This document shows, piece after piece, positions 9,126 to 18,399 of a DNA stretch of 64,000 bases (the stretch's first letter is position 1; each line of letters opens with the position of its first letter). The stretch comes from an uncultured bacterium. Lineage in GTDB: Bacteria; Armatimonadota; Hebobacteria; CAIYQO01. The notes under the pieces are model-generated. The model was given only the letters and a program-made list of their open reading frames with translations, had not been told where the DNA came from and searched no databases. A program made the position numbers and the translations under genes. The stretch is taken from positions 5,680 through 69,679 of the forward strand of contig CAIYQO010000302.1 in assembly GCA_903928345.1 (NCBI GenBank). Reading direction: 5' to 3'.

Positions 9126-9452
9126 ATGATCACCTACGACAAGGGCACATTGCTTATCGACCGCGCGCAGGAAGGCGAGGATGTCCATCCCTTGCTGGAG
9201 ACCGGGCGGACGGAGCGCTGGTTTCTCGAGTTGCGCATCACCGAGCAGGCGGCGCTGGAATACCTGATCGACGCGGAGATCGTCGGCGACGACATCCCCG
9301 TGCGCTACATCGCACGCGACGGGCAAAGCTTCACCGGCATCGCGCAGGTGGAGGAATCCCTCTGCGCCGACGAGCAGAAGCTCTTCCTCCTCCGCGGCTA
9401 CGGCAAGCCCCCCGCCGTCTTCCTGGCCGACAGACCGGATAAAATGGGGTAA
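9126..9452 (+). CDS. Hypothetical small protein (~108 aa).
   Basis: ORF 9105..9452. The ATG at 9126 has a GAGGT RBS 5 nt upstream. An AT-rich promoter-like stretch lies at 9060-9100. No recognisable domain. Confidence 0.4.
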   Translation: MITYDKGTLLIDRAQEGEDVHPLLETGRTERWFLELRITEQAALEYLIDAEIVGDDIPVRYIARDGQSFTGIAQVEESLCADEQKLFLLRGYGKPPAVFLADRPDKMG

Positions 9453-9586
9453 CCATCCCGCGCGGTGAATCTTCTGTGATTCTCAGAAGGAATCCGCTCC
9501 ACCCCGTTGAAAAGTTCTACAAGGGCGTTATGCCGCAGCGTTGGCATGACGCCCGTCCATTGCTACCCTGAACACTGGAGTGGTTG

Positions 9587-10384
9587 ATGAAAATCGTCGT
9601 TTGTATCAAGCAGGTGCCGCAGACCACCAACGTCAAGATCGATCCGGTGACCAATACCCTCGTGCGCGAGGGCGTCGAGTCGCAGATCAATCCCTTTGAT
9701 CTCTATGCCCTGGAAGAGGCCGTGCGCGTGAAGGAACGGCTGGCCGCCGCCGGCACGGAGAGCACGGTCACGGTGATCTCCATGGGTCCGCCGCAGGTGG
9801 ACGCCGCGTTGCGCGAAGCGATTACCCTCGGCGCCGATGACGCGGTGCTCCTCTCCGACCGCGCGTATGCCGGCTCCGACACGTGGGCCACCTCGTACGC
9901 GCTGGCGATGGCGATCAAGCAGCTCGCCGCCGACCTGGTCTTCTGCGGCATGCAGGCCATCGATGGCGATACCGCGCAGACGGGCCCCGGCATCACCGTG
10001 CATATCGACCTGGCGCTGGCGGCCTATGTGGCGAAGATCGACGAGATCTCCCCCAAGCGCGCCACCGTCCGCCGCCTGCTCGAAGAGGGCTACGAAGTGT
10101 GCGAGGTGCAGTTGCCCGCCGTCTTCACCGTGGTGAAGGAGATCAACGAGCCGCGCACCCCCAGCCTGCGCGGCAAGATGAAGGCGAAGTCCGCCCAGAT
10201 CCCCGTGTGGACCGCCGCCTCCCTCGGCCTGGACCCCGACAAATGCGGCCTGAAGGGCAGCCCCACGCAAGTGGTCAAGATCTTCAGCCCCGAACACCGC
10301 GCCGGCGGCGAACGCTGGGACGGCGACGCCCCCGATCTGGCGGCCAAGCTGCTGGAAGTGATCCGGGAGCGGATTACCGTGTAA
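9587..10384 (+). CDS. etfB: Electron transfer flavoprotein beta subunit.
   Basis: MKIVVCIKQVPQTTNVKIDP... is a canonical EtfB N-terminus, and the length is ~265 aa. Confidence 0.85.
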   Translation: MKIVVCIKQVPQTTNVKIDPVTNTLVREGVESQINPFDLYALEEAVRVKERLAAAGTESTVTVISMGPPQVDAALREAITLGADDAVLLSDRAYAGSDTWATSYALAMAIKQLAADLVFCGMQAIDGDTAQTGPGITVHIDLALAAYVAKIDEISPKRATVRRLLEEGYEVCEVQLPAVFTVVKEINEPRTPSLRGKMKAKSAQIPVWTAASLGLDPDKCGLKGSPTQVVKIFSPEHRAGGERWDGDAPDLAAKLLEVIRERITV

Positions 10385-10491
10385 TGAAAAATGAAAATTG
10401 AAGAGTGAAAAATGCAAATTCCCGGTTCTCGGATACCGCATTTTTCATTTTCAATTTTTCATTTTCCACTTTTCATTCCAAAGGACCTATC
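10384..10491. repeat. AT-rich heptamer-repeat palindrome between etfB and etfA: TGAAAAA-like x5 then TTTTTCA-like x6.
   Basis: gtaATGAAAAATGAAAATTGAAGAGTGAAAAATGC ... GCATTTTTCATTTTCAATTTTTCATTTTCCACTTTTCAT. About 30% GC in a ~70% GC genome, with 7-nt periodicity. The two arms are reverse complements. Confidence 0.55.
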
Positions 10492-11694
10492 ATGTCAATT
10501 CGCGTACTCGAAGACAATTGCACCGGCTGCAAGCAGTGCGTCAAGGCCTGCCCGCAGATGGCGATCAGTATGGACGGGAAACTGGCGACGATCGCGCTGG
10601 ACAACTGCAACTTCTGCGGTTCCTGCGTGAGCACGTGCAAGTTCAAGGCCATCACCATCGAGATCGAAAAGCAGGCGCGGGAAGACCTGTCTGCTTACTC
10701 GGGCGTATGGGTGTTCGGCGAGCAGGACGGCGGCCACCTGGCCGGCGTGGTGCCCGAACTCATCGGCGCCGGACGCAAGCTGGCCGACAAGCGCGGCTGC
10801 AAGCTGGGCGTGGTGCTGCTCGGGGATAATATCGCCGAGTTGGCCGCCGCCGTGGCGAAGTATCCGGTAGACCTGGTCTACGTCTACGACCACCAAAAAC
10901 TCGCCCGCTATCGGCCCGAACCTTACTCCCGCGTGCTCTCCGCGCTGGTGCGCAAGTTCAAGCCGGAGATCGTGCTCGCCGGCGCCACCACCACCGGGCG
11001 CGGCTTCCTCTCCCGCGTGGCCGTCGACCTATACACCGGCCTCACAGCGGACTGCACGGGCCTCGAGATCGGCGACGACGGGCTGCTCTACCAGACCCGC
11101 CCGGCCTTCGGCGGCAACATCATGGCGACGATTCTCTGCCCGTATACCCGGCCGCAGATGTCCACCGTGCGCCATAAGGTGATGCCCGCCGTGCTGCCCG
11201 GCGACACGGTGCGCGCGGAGATCATCAACGTCGAGCCGCAGGAACAGCTCCTCGCCTCCCGCGTGAACATCACCGACTTCATCCGCGACGTCACGCAGAA
11301 GGTAAACCTTGTCGAAGCCGACGTGATCGTCTCCGGCGGGCGCGGCATGGGCAAGCCGGAAAACTTCGCCATCCTGCACGAGCTGGCCGACCTCCTCGGC
11401 GGCGCCGTCGGCTCCTCCCGCGCCGCGGTGGACGCCGGCTGGATGCCCTACCCGCATCAGGTAGGCCAGACGGGTAAAACGGTCTGCCCCAAGCTCTACA
11501 TCGCCTGCGGCATCTCCGGCGCCGTCCAGCACCTCGCCGGCATGCAATCCTCCGATTGCATCATCGCCATCAACCGCGATAAAGACGCCCCCATCTTCCA
11601 AGTCGCCGACTTCGGCTTCGTAGGCGACGCCCTGGAAGTGGTGCCCGAGCTGATCAAAGCCATCAAGGCCAGCAAGGTAGCGGTGGCGATCTAA
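10492..11694 (+). CDS. etfA: Electron transfer flavoprotein alpha subunit with N-terminal 2x[4Fe-4S] ferredoxin domain (FixB-like).
   Basis: [21 protein letters not shown]...[11 protein letters not shown] gives two CxxCxxCxxxC clusters, followed by the EtfA FAD-binding C-terminus ([11 protein letters not shown]). Start at 10492 chosen over the listed 10405. Confidence 0.85.
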   Translation: MSIRVLEDNCTGCKQCVKACPQMAISMDGKLATIALDNCNFCGSCVSTCKFKAITIEIEKQAREDLSAYSGVWVFGEQDGGHLAGVVPELIGAGRKLADKRGCKLGVVLLGDNIAELAAAVAKYPVDLVYVYDHQKLARYRPEPYSRVLSALVRKFKPEIVLAGATTTGRGFLSRVAVDLYTGLTADCTGLEIGDDGLLYQTRPAFGGNIMATILCPYTRPQMSTVRHKVMPAVLPGDTVRAEIINVEPQEQLLASRVNITDFIRDVTQKVNLVEADVIVSGGRGMGKPENFAILHELADLLGGAVGSSRAAVDAGWMPYPHQVGQTGKTVCPKLYIACGISGAVQHLAGMQSSDCIIAINRDKDAPIFQVADFGFVGDALEVVPELIKAIKASKVAVAI

Positions 11695-11706
11695 AGCAGC
11701 GTAAAT

Positions 11707-11810
11707 TTGGAGTGCGGCGCGAAACGCCGCTTTCACTGGCACCGTTCTTCCCCTCGCTACGGTGAGGAAGGTCGAGACCAACGAAAGCGGCGTTTCGCGC
11801 CGCACTCCAA
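11707..11810. terminator. Large bidirectional hairpin with 28-bp perfect inverted repeats between convergent genes.
   Basis: ttggagtgcggcgcgaaacgccgctttc (11707-11734) is the exact reverse complement of gaaagcggcgtttcgcgccgcactccaa (11783-11810), with an inner sub-hairpin. Confidence 0.55.
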
Positions 11811-11830
11811 AACACCATCGAAGCGCGCTT

Positions 11831-12598
11831 CTACTCCGCCCCAACCTTCTCCAGCAACAACCCGATTTTATCGATCTCGATGCAGATCAATTCATCGATA
11901 ATCGCTTCGCTTGACCAACCACGGTCAAGCATGAAATGCTGTGGGCCGACCGAAGTGACTTTCCACCCTCGTGCCCGCAGCACGGCTGCCTTTTCCTCCC
12001 GTGCCAGTGACAGCGGAGCTAGTAACAGATCCACGGCTCGCTGGAATCCCCAAAGATAGGCCACGGTATGCTCCACGGTTTCGTACGCGTAAAACATGCC
12101 TGGCCGAACCCTCGTATGTTCCAGGTCGATAATGGATTGCCGTAGACGCATGGATAGCGGCAGATCGGCGGTGAAGTCCATAAATCGGATATACGCGGCA
12201 TCGTATCGCGGCTTCGATGGTATTTCCGTCCATTGATAAGTCGCCAATACGGCACGACTTGCCTGGCGCACGGCCGCCCATCCCGGTCGATGCAAAGTGG
12301 AAAGACGAGCTTCCGCATACGCCGTGCGCTCTTCTGGCGATGGAGGCTGCTTCCAGGGGATAGGTACCGACTCCACATGCGCGCAGGCATCCACTACCTG
12401 CTGCAATGCCGTCTGCTGCACCTCGGTTGGATGCCAATCATCCCGACCGACAAGGACAGTGCACCAGTGTTTCAATTCCGTACGCAGCACACCAGGGTCA
12501 GTGTCTTCCGGCATATATGCCACCAACGCCTCCGCCGGCAGCGCCAGCGCCTGCAAGGTGGTGATCAATTGCTCGAGTGGGGATTCGCAGTAGTTCAT
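11831..12598 (-). CDS. Hypothetical protein (~255 aa).
   Basis: Long ORF. Start at MNYCESPLEQL (12598) fits spacing with the upstream small gene (ends 12615). No recognised domain. Confidence 0.45.
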   Translation of the reverse strand: MNYCESPLEQLITTLQALALPAEALVAYMPEDTDPGVLRTELKHWCTVLVGRDDWHPTEVQQTALQQVVDACAHVESVPIPWKQPPSPEERTAYAEARLSTLHRPGWAAVRQASRAVLATYQWTEIPSKPRYDAAYIRFMDFTADLPLSMRLRQSIIDLEHTRVRPGMFYAYETVEHTVAYLWGFQRAVDLLLAPLSLAREEKAAVLRARGWKVTSVGPQHFMLDRGWSSEAIIDELICIEIDKIGLLLEKVGAE

Positions 12599-12614
12599 CT
12601 CCCCCCATTTCCCC

Positions 12615-12851
12615 TCAACGGTCCCGACGTGTGACAATATCCCGAAAGAGCGTAAACACGACCAGAAAATCGATGACACAGAAGCCGGCGATGGCAATGA
12701 CGGCGTTGTAGTAATACATCGCGGTGCCGAGGGTAAGGCCGACGGCGGCCAATATGGTGACAATCCACCCCGCACCCAGCTCCTCGGCGTTCATCACCAG
12801 CAGCACGAGCAGCACCACCGCAAACGGGAGGACAAACAGAAGGGATTCCAT
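12615..12851 (-). CDS. Small membrane protein (two predicted TM helices, ~78 aa).
   Basis: MESLLFVLPFAVVLLVLLV... and ...IVTILAAVGLTLG... are hydrophobic segments. Adjacent and co-directional with the downstream hypothetical. Confidence 0.4.
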   Translation of the reverse strand: MESLLFVLPFAVVLLVLLVMNAEELGAGWIVTILAAVGLTLGTAMYYYNAVIAIAGFCVIDFLVVFTLFRDIVTRRDR

Positions 12852-12957
12852 TCCTGTGCTGCCTTCCCTGCATGCGAGCCGGGCTCTTAGCCCCGTTCCA
12901 AACAGTGACCATCCACCCAACCTGAACGGTCGCCGCCTCACCACCCGGCCAAACTCA

Positions 12958-12992
12958 TTCTCTTCGCGCGTCCTTTGAGTCCTTTGTACCTT
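12958..12992. repeat. Half-copy of the GTCCTTTG-repeat arm also present at 49447-49482.
   Basis: gcgcgtcctttgagtcctttgtacctttgtggtt versus cgcgggtcctttgcgtcctttgtgtctttgcggtt (~85% identical). Confidence 0.4.
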
Positions 12993-13001
12993 TGTGGTTC
13001 G

Positions 13002-14825
13002 TTACTCCGTCGTCTTCGCCGCCCCCGCGTAGTATCCCGCCTCGTAGAAGGCGATCAGGCCCAGCAGGCCGCCCCAGTGGTAGAAGCGGTCGGAGTTGCC
13101 CACGCCGCACCCCTCGCCGGTGTCGCCGCTGTAGTTCTCGTGCACGTGGCCGTGCTCACGCCACTCTTTGAGGAGCAGGGCGACCGACTTCTCAGCCAGG
13201 TCACGCTTGGCGTCGGGCAGGTCGTACCCCTGCAGCGCCAGGTAGACCAGGAAGTTCATCGGCGCCCAGATGCGCCCCCGCCAGTAGTTCTGGTCGGGGT
13301 ATGCCGGGTCGTCGCGGGTGATCGACGGCATGATATACTCCCCCCAGAACTCGGCGGGGTTGTAGAAGTGCTCGGTGATCATGCGCTCCGCCTGCGCCTG
13401 GGTGGCGGTGCCGGCGAAGAGGGGGTAGAAGTTGGTGGGTGACAGCCGGTGGCTCACCTCCCCGGTGTCCGTGCGGCGGTTGCAGAAGATGCCCGTCGCC
13501 TCGTCCCACAGGGAGAGGACGTTCCGGGCGAACTGGTCGCCGCGCGCGCGCAGCTCCGCCTCTTCAGGTCGCCCGAGTACCGCGGCCAACTCCGCCAGCG
13601 CCCGGCAGTCCATCACGTACATGCCGGTGAGGCCGGCGTCGGCGAGCTGCAGCAGGTGCGTCTCGGGGTCGAAGGGCACGTCGTCATACATCGGCGAGTT
13701 GTCCAGTCCGCTCTCCAGCGCCGCGCCGAAGCGCGCGTTCACGCCCTCGTGCTCCCAGAAGTTGTCCACCACTGGCTCGTAGGGATCGGAGCCCCACGCC
13801 AGCAGGCCGTCGATGACGCGGTGCGCCAGCCACCAGCGGTTCCAGACCAGCAGGTCGTCGAAGAGCATCTCCGGCAGCCAGCGGTCGCCGAAGCGCTTGT
13901 ACAGCTCCAGCACCACGCGGCTACCCGCGGGCGGCTGCGAGCGGTCGCGGCTTTTCATGCCCGTCACCGAGGCGAAGTTGGGGATAAAACCGGCCTCGGT
14001 GTGCTCGCGCGTGATCTCGATGGCGTTGGCGTAGGCCAGCTCCTTGTTGTCGATGGAGGCGAGCAACCCGGCGAAGTAGGTGTCCCAGTCGAAGAGGATG
14101 TACCCGCCCGCGCCGCAGCTCCAGATGCGGCTGACGGGACTGATGACGCGGTCGTGTTGCGGATCATAGACGGTATCCCACGCCATGCACGTCTGCACCG
14201 CGGTGTAAACCTCGGCGAGGTCACCGAAGGTCGCGATACACGCCGCGCGCTCCGCCTGTGCCGCCGCCACGCGCGCCTGAATCTCCGCCAGCGTGCGTCG
14301 CTTGCCGGTGGCGATGCCCACCGGGCCGTCGAGGGGCAGCGCCAGGTAGGGGGTCTGCGCCCACACGTACGGCTCTTCCACGGGCGTCGTGGTTGCGTAG
14401 GCGTGAACGGTACCCTTCGGCGTCGTCGCGACCAGCGTGTCGCCGTCGCGTACCAGCGTGCCGGGGCGGTTCCACAACATGCCGCTCTCCACCACCAGCA
14501 GCGGCGTGCGGCGGTGCGTCGACTTCGGGGTGACGAGGAGGAGCAAGTCGTCGCCGTCCAGCGCGCTCTGCACCAGCACCTCGATCTTCTGCCAGGTGAG
14601 GGTCAACTCGGTGTAGCCATCGTCGTAGGTGCGCGGGCCGGGGTGGATTTGCTCCTCCTCACGCCCGATCAGCGCCTCCTTCAGATACCCGCCGCCGGCA
14701 TATTCCTTTAACCCCAGGTTCAGCGCGAACCCCGCCGGCAGCAGCACGTGCGACAGCACGCTGCGCGTATTCCACGTATTCCACCCACGCGCCAGGCGCG
14801 CTTTGAGAGCGTCATATTCGTGCAT
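13002..14825 (-). CDS. Glycoside hydrolase, (alpha/alpha)6-barrel, GH63/GH37-like (processing alpha-glucosidase / trehalase-like).
   Basis: 607-aa ORF with a GAGG RBS. C-terminal blocks (WAPMNFLVYLAL, DRFYHWGGLLG) resemble GH63 / debranching-type six-hairpin glycosidases. Confidence 0.6.
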   Translation of the reverse strand: MHEYDALKARLARGWNTWNTRSVLSHVLLPAGFALNLGLKEYAGGGYLKEALIGREEEQIHPGPRTYDDGYTELTLTWQKIEVLVQSALDGDDLLLLVTPKSTHRRTPLLVVESGMLWNRPGTLVRDGDTLVATTPKGTVHAYATTTPVEEPYVWAQTPYLALPLDGPVGIATGKRRTLAEIQARVAAAQAERAACIATFGDLAEVYTAVQTCMAWDTVYDPQHDRVISPVSRIWSCGAGGYILFDWDTYFAGLLASIDNKELAYANAIEITREHTEAGFIPNFASVTGMKSRDRSQPPAGSRVVLELYKRFGDRWLPEMLFDDLLVWNRWWLAHRVIDGLLAWGSDPYEPVVDNFWEHEGVNARFGAALESGLDNSPMYDDVPFDPETHLLQLADAGLTGMYVMDCRALAELAAVLGRPEEAELRARGDQFARNVLSLWDEATGIFCNRRTDTGEVSHRLSPTNFYPLFAGTATQAQAERMITEHFYNPAEFWGEYIMPSITRDDPAYPDQNYWRGRIWAPMNFLVYLALQGYDLPDAKRDLAEKSVALLLKEWREHGHVHENYSGDTGEGCGVGNSDRFYHWGGLLGLIAFYEAGYYAGAAKTTE

Positions 14826-14872
14826 TAAACTACCTCACTTGCCCCAATGTGGTGTGCGCAAAAGATCCAGAA

Positions 14873-15280
14873 TCACTTGCCCCACGCCGCGGCATCAAGC
14901 CACTGACGCAATTCGATGCCCAGGCCGTCGGGGTCGCGGATTTCGGCGCGGATGGAGGCGCCCAAGTTCATCGGGCCCCATACCACCGGCACGCCTTGCG
15001 CCGCCAGCGCGTCGATGGTCGCCGTCATGTCATCGACTTCCAGCGCGATGGAACGGTACGCCACCTGCTGCCCGCCGACGGGCGTGGTGTCGGGCTGCGC
15101 GTATCCGAGCAACTCGATCATCGTGTCGGCCAGCGTCATGAAGGCGATTTCGTGCAGCTCGCCCATATTGAGGACGTGCCGGCTGGTCAGCGTAAAGCCG
15201 ATGACATCCCGGTAAAAAGCGATGGTGCGGTCCATATCGGACGGCGCCAATTCGACGTGATCGATGCGACGGAACATGCG
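14873..15280 (-). CDS. VOC family protein (glyoxalase / bleomycin-resistance fold).
   Basis: MFRRIDHVELAPSDMDRTIAFYRDVIGF... is a typical VOC N-terminus. Start taken at MFRR rather than the listed 15358. Confidence 0.65.
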   Translation of the reverse strand, partial: RMFRRIDHVELAPSDMDRTIAFYRDVIGFTLTSRHVLNMGELHEIAFMTLADTMIELLGYAQPDTTPVGGQQVAYRSIALEVDDMTATIDALAAQGVPVVWGPMNLGASIRAEIRDPDGLGIELRQWLDAAAWGK

Positions 15281-15354
15281 GTATCCTCCATTATAGTCGT
15301 GCCTGAACCCGCCTGCGTGGGCAGGTCGCGGGAAGCCAGGGGAATTGTGTCTGG

Positions 15355-17139
15355 TCAATGCGCGCCGGGGTCGAGTTGCGCGAAGTAATCTTTTACGCGC
15401 TGGGTGTAGCTCGGGGGCACTTGCTCGGCTTCGATGGCGTGCTCGGCGCCCTTGTGGTAGTCGGAGTAGACCTCCGTATACGGCACCCCGGTGCGTCCGC
15501 CGCCGTCGCCACCGCGCACGTCTACCGTGCTCACGCCCGGGTCGCCCGCCGGAAGCGGGTGCTCGCCGACGCCGTAGCCGTTGCGCAGCCCGTGGTGCAA
15601 CGACTGCTGTCCGCCGCCCGCCACATAGGCCGGATCGCCGTCGTGCGTGCCGTAGAAGTTCGGGTTGGGATCTTCGTTCGGCTTGGAATCGTGCCCGGCG
15701 CCATTATTGCCGCCGGTGGCGTTGGGATGCCGGCCGGTGCCCCCACCGCCGGAGCCCTTCTTGCCGCCGGAGCCGCCGCCGCGACCGCCGTTGCGCCCGT
15801 TGCCGTTGCCGTTTTGGCCGCCCTTGCCATTCCCGTTGCCGTTGCCGCGGTTGTTGCCGGACTGGTTGTCCGCCATGGCGCGGCGCGCGTTCTCCATGTT
15901 GCCCATCGCCTGGTTGAGCATATCACCGGCGTCGCTCTGCCCACCGTTGCCGCCGGGCATGTTCGACATGCTGTTGCCCGCCTGCTGCTGCCCCTGCGAC
16001 GTGCCCTGCTGCAACTGTCCTGCGGCGTTGCGCATCGCCTGTGAACTCGCCGACGACCCGTTGCGCTGGGCGGCGTTCGCCATGTGGCGCATCGCCTGCG
16101 ACAGCGCCTGTTGCGCCTGGGGCGACAGGGCGCCGTTCTTCATCGGCACGCCCAACCGGCGCAGCGCGTCGGTGGCGGCAGCCATATTTCCCGCCGCCAG
16201 CGCGCGTTGCAGCGCCTGCATGGCCTCTTCACGCTCCAGCGCGTTGCGCTCTTGCGGGGTGAGCTGCTGCTTGGACAAACCGGCAGCCAGCCGCGCTTTC
16301 GCTTGTTGCGCGGCGGCCTTTTCCGCCTCCGAGCGGCTGTTCAGCGCGGCCTGCGCCTGCGCGGCGGCGTTTTGCAGCTCCTTCTGCGCCTGTTCGACAT
16401 CGTCGCGCACCTTCGCCTGCTGCAGGTGCTCCATCTCGTCGCGCAGCTTATTCCAGCGCTTCATCGCCTCTTTTTTGGGCAGACGGTTCTTTTCCATCTC
16501 CACCGCCAGCTTGCGTAAGCGGCGCACCAGCTGCTGGATTTCCGGGTCGTGGCGCAAGGCGTCGTGTTCGTCGAGCTTTTTCGCCGTCTCGTGCAATGTC
16601 ACCCCGGCGTCGTGCACCGCGGCCCGCTCAGCGCGCGCCATGGGGCTGTAAAACCAGGGTAAATTGGGCAGTAGACAGCCGAGGAGCACCGCCATCCACA
16701 CCGCCAGCGCGGCGCGATAAGGGCGGGCAAAGATGCGTGGAAAGAGCGCCTTGGGATCGAGGCCTTGCAGGTGCGCGACGGCGTCGTCGGTGACGAGGGT
16801 GCGGAATTCCGGGTGCGCCTGCGGATCGGCGAGCAGCGCCACCGCGGTGCTGGCGCGTTCCTGCAGCGCGCAGCGGCGCTCCACGGTAAGGGCAATGGAG
16901 AGTGCGTCGGGGCGGCGGACATAGGCGAGGCCCGCGCCGACCAGCGCGCCAAGGAGGCAGACGATGGTCAGTTCGAGGGGGGTAACGTACCAGATGGTGC
17001 AGAGGTCGATAAGGAGGAGCACCAGCCCCACCACACCGGCGCCGGCCACCCCCCAGCAGATCCAGCGCTCGCAGAAGAGCCACAGGATACGGCGACGGAA
17101 GGCCTGCAGTTGCGCGGCTAATGCGGTTGCGTGGTCCAT
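15355..17139 (-). CDS. Membrane-anchored coiled-coil protein with a long Gln/Asn/Gly-rich low-complexity region and a conserved C-terminal module.
   Basis: Two or three N-terminal TM segments. Long heptad-like coiled-coil (EMEKNRLPKKEAMKRWNKLRDEMEHLQQAK...). Then a ~200-aa N/G/Q-rich tract (NGNGNGKGGQNGNGNG...). C-terminus VPYTEVYSDYHKGAEHAIEAEQVPPSYTQRVKDYFAQL. GGAGG RBS. Start at MDHATAL (17139). Confidence 0.6.
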   Translation of the reverse strand: MDHATALAAQLQAFRRRILWLFCERWICWGVAGAGVVGLVLLLIDLCTIWYVTPLELTIVCLLGALVGAGLAYVRRPDALSIALTVERRCALQERASTAVALLADPQAHPEFRTLVTDDAVAHLQGLDPKALFPRIFARPYRAALAVWMAVLLGCLLPNLPWFYSPMARAERAAVHDAGVTLHETAKKLDEHDALRHDPEIQQLVRRLRKLAVEMEKNRLPKKEAMKRWNKLRDEMEHLQQAKVRDDVEQAQKELQNAAAQAQAALNSRSEAEKAAAQQAKARLAAGLSKQQLTPQERNALEREEAMQALQRALAAGNMAAATDALRRLGVPMKNGALSPQAQQALSQAMRHMANAAQRNGSSASSQAMRNAAGQLQQGTSQGQQQAGNSMSNMPGGNGGQSDAGDMLNQAMGNMENARRAMADNQSGNNRGNGNGNGKGGQNGNGNGRNGGRGGGSGGKKGSGGGGTGRHPNATGGNNGAGHDSKPNEDPNPNFYGTHDGDPAYVAGGGQQSLHHGLRNGYGVGEHPLPAGDPGVSTVDVRGGDGGGRTGVPYTEVYSDYHKGAEHAIEAEQVPPSYTQRVKDYFAQLDPGAH

Positions 17140-17155
17140 CACTTCCTCCCACCCG

Positions 17156-17206
17156 CGAGGTGTTTCTATTATACCACGACGCGGCCCCTCCCGCACGGGA
17201 GGGGCC
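17156..17206 (-). promoter_or_regulatory. Terminator hairpin of the PPIase gene followed by an extended -10 (TGgTATAAT) promoter for the coiled-coil gene.
   Basis: Minus strand reads cggcccctcccgtgcgggaggggccg (hairpin), then cgtGGTATAATag about 20 nt before the ATG at 17139. Confidence 0.4.
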
Positions 17207-17217
17207 GGTCAAGTCGG

Positions 17218-17826
17218 TTATTTAATATTCTCGTCCGCGTTGGGGATCGGCTCCTTGCCTTTGTACGGGGCCACGGTGACGGTCTTCATCACGTCGCCCT
17301 TCTTCACGGCCGCGACTTCGTCCATACCGCTCTTCACCCACCCGAACGCGGCGTAGCCGCCGTCCAGGTTCGGCGTGTCATCCGTGCAGATGAAGAACTG
17401 GCTGCCGGCGGTGTCGGGGGCATCGGTGCGCGCCATAGAGATGGTGCCCTTCTTATGGCGCAGCAGCGGGGAGATTTCCAGGTTGATGGTGTAGCCGGGG
17501 CCGCCCAGACCGGTGCCTTCGGGGTCGCCGCCCTGGATGACAAAGTGCTCGACCACGCGGTGGAAGGTGAGACCGTCGTAATATTTGGCCTTCGTCAGCT
17601 TCACGAAGTTCGCCACGGTGTAGGGCATTTCGGTGCCTTCTAGCACGACTTCGATCGCTTTCCCGTTCTGCATCGTGATCGTCACCAGGTAACGGCCCTC
17701 TTTGCGGGTCGCTTCCATTTCCGCGCGGGTCGGCGGGGCATACTTCGGCTTGTCGCCGGCCGCCACCGCGACCACGGCACCGAGCAGCAACAGCGCCATC
17801 AACCAGTAAAACGTGCGCATATCCAT
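17218..17826 (-). CDS. Peptidyl-prolyl cis-trans isomerase, cyclophilin type, secreted or membrane-anchored.
   Basis: HRVVEHFVIQGGDPEGTGLGGPGY and FFICTDDTPNLDGGYAAFG are cyclophilin signatures. AGGAGG RBS before MDMRT. N-terminal hydrophobic segment. Confidence 0.8.
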   Translation of the reverse strand: MDMRTFYWLMALLLLGAVVAVAAGDKPKYAPPTRAEMEATRKEGRYLVTITMQNGKAIEVVLEGTEMPYTVANFVKLTKAKYYDGLTFHRVVEHFVIQGGDPEGTGLGGPGYTINLEISPLLRHKKGTISMARTDAPDTAGSQFFICTDDTPNLDGGYAAFGWVKSGMDEVAAVKKGDVMKTVTVAPYKGKEPIPNADENIK

Positions 17827-17941
17827 CCTCCTGTTGACCTGAATTCGCTTCGTATCATACCGGCAACGGCCTTCCTTGTCCAGTAGCAAGGAGGTGACGT
17901 GGGGCGGGACGAAATAGGAAAGAAAGACGAGGGAGTACCCC

Positions 17942-18382
17942 ATGGATACCATTGAGATCGCCATCGAACTGTGCCGGCCCGGCGCCGTGCTGCCCCGGTA
18001 TGCCCACCCGACGGATGGGGGGATGGACGTGTCGCTCGCGGAGGCCGTGACGCTGGCGCCCGGTGAGAAGCGCATCGCGCCCACGGGGCTGAAAGTGGCG
18101 GTGCCGAAGGGGTGGATGCTGCTTGTCTTCCCGCGCTCCGGGTTGAGCGCGAAGACGGGCCTGCGCGTGGCGAACAGCCCCGGCCTGATCGACGCCGGCT
18201 ACCGTGACGAGGTGGGGGTGATCCTGCACAACACCGGCACGGAGGCGGTGACGCTGGACGCCGGCGCCCGCGTGGCGCAATTCGTAGTGGTGCGCCGCAC
18301 CGCCATCGCCTTCGTTCCCGTGCCCAGCGTCGCGGACATCGGCGAGAACCGCGGCGGCGGCTTCGGCCACACGGGGGCGTAG
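17942..18382 (+). CDS. dut: dUTP diphosphatase.
   Basis: MDVSLAE...PRSGLSAKTGLRVANSPGLIDAGYRDEVGVILHNTG carries dUTPase motifs I-V. Confidence 0.85.
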   Translation: MDTIEIAIELCRPGAVLPRYAHPTDGGMDVSLAEAVTLAPGEKRIAPTGLKVAVPKGWMLLVFPRSGLSAKTGLRVANSPGLIDAGYRDEVGVILHNTGTEAVTLDAGARVAQFVVVRRTAIAFVPVPSVADIGENRGGGFGHTGA

Positions 18383-18399
18383 AGAACCGGGTCTACCAA

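Noticed and set aside
11707-11901. 64-aa ORF spanning the 28-bp inverted repeat.
   Set aside because: It is composed of the palindrome itself, so it is a structural element, not coding.
13449-14711. 420-aa plus-strand ORF opposite the GH63-like gene.
   Set aside because: Shadow ORF. The glycosidase on the minus strand has a coherent domain structure and RBS.
15665-16651. 328-aa plus-strand Cys/Pro-rich ORF opposite the coiled-coil gene.
   Set aside because: Antisense artefact of the low-complexity N/G/Q region.
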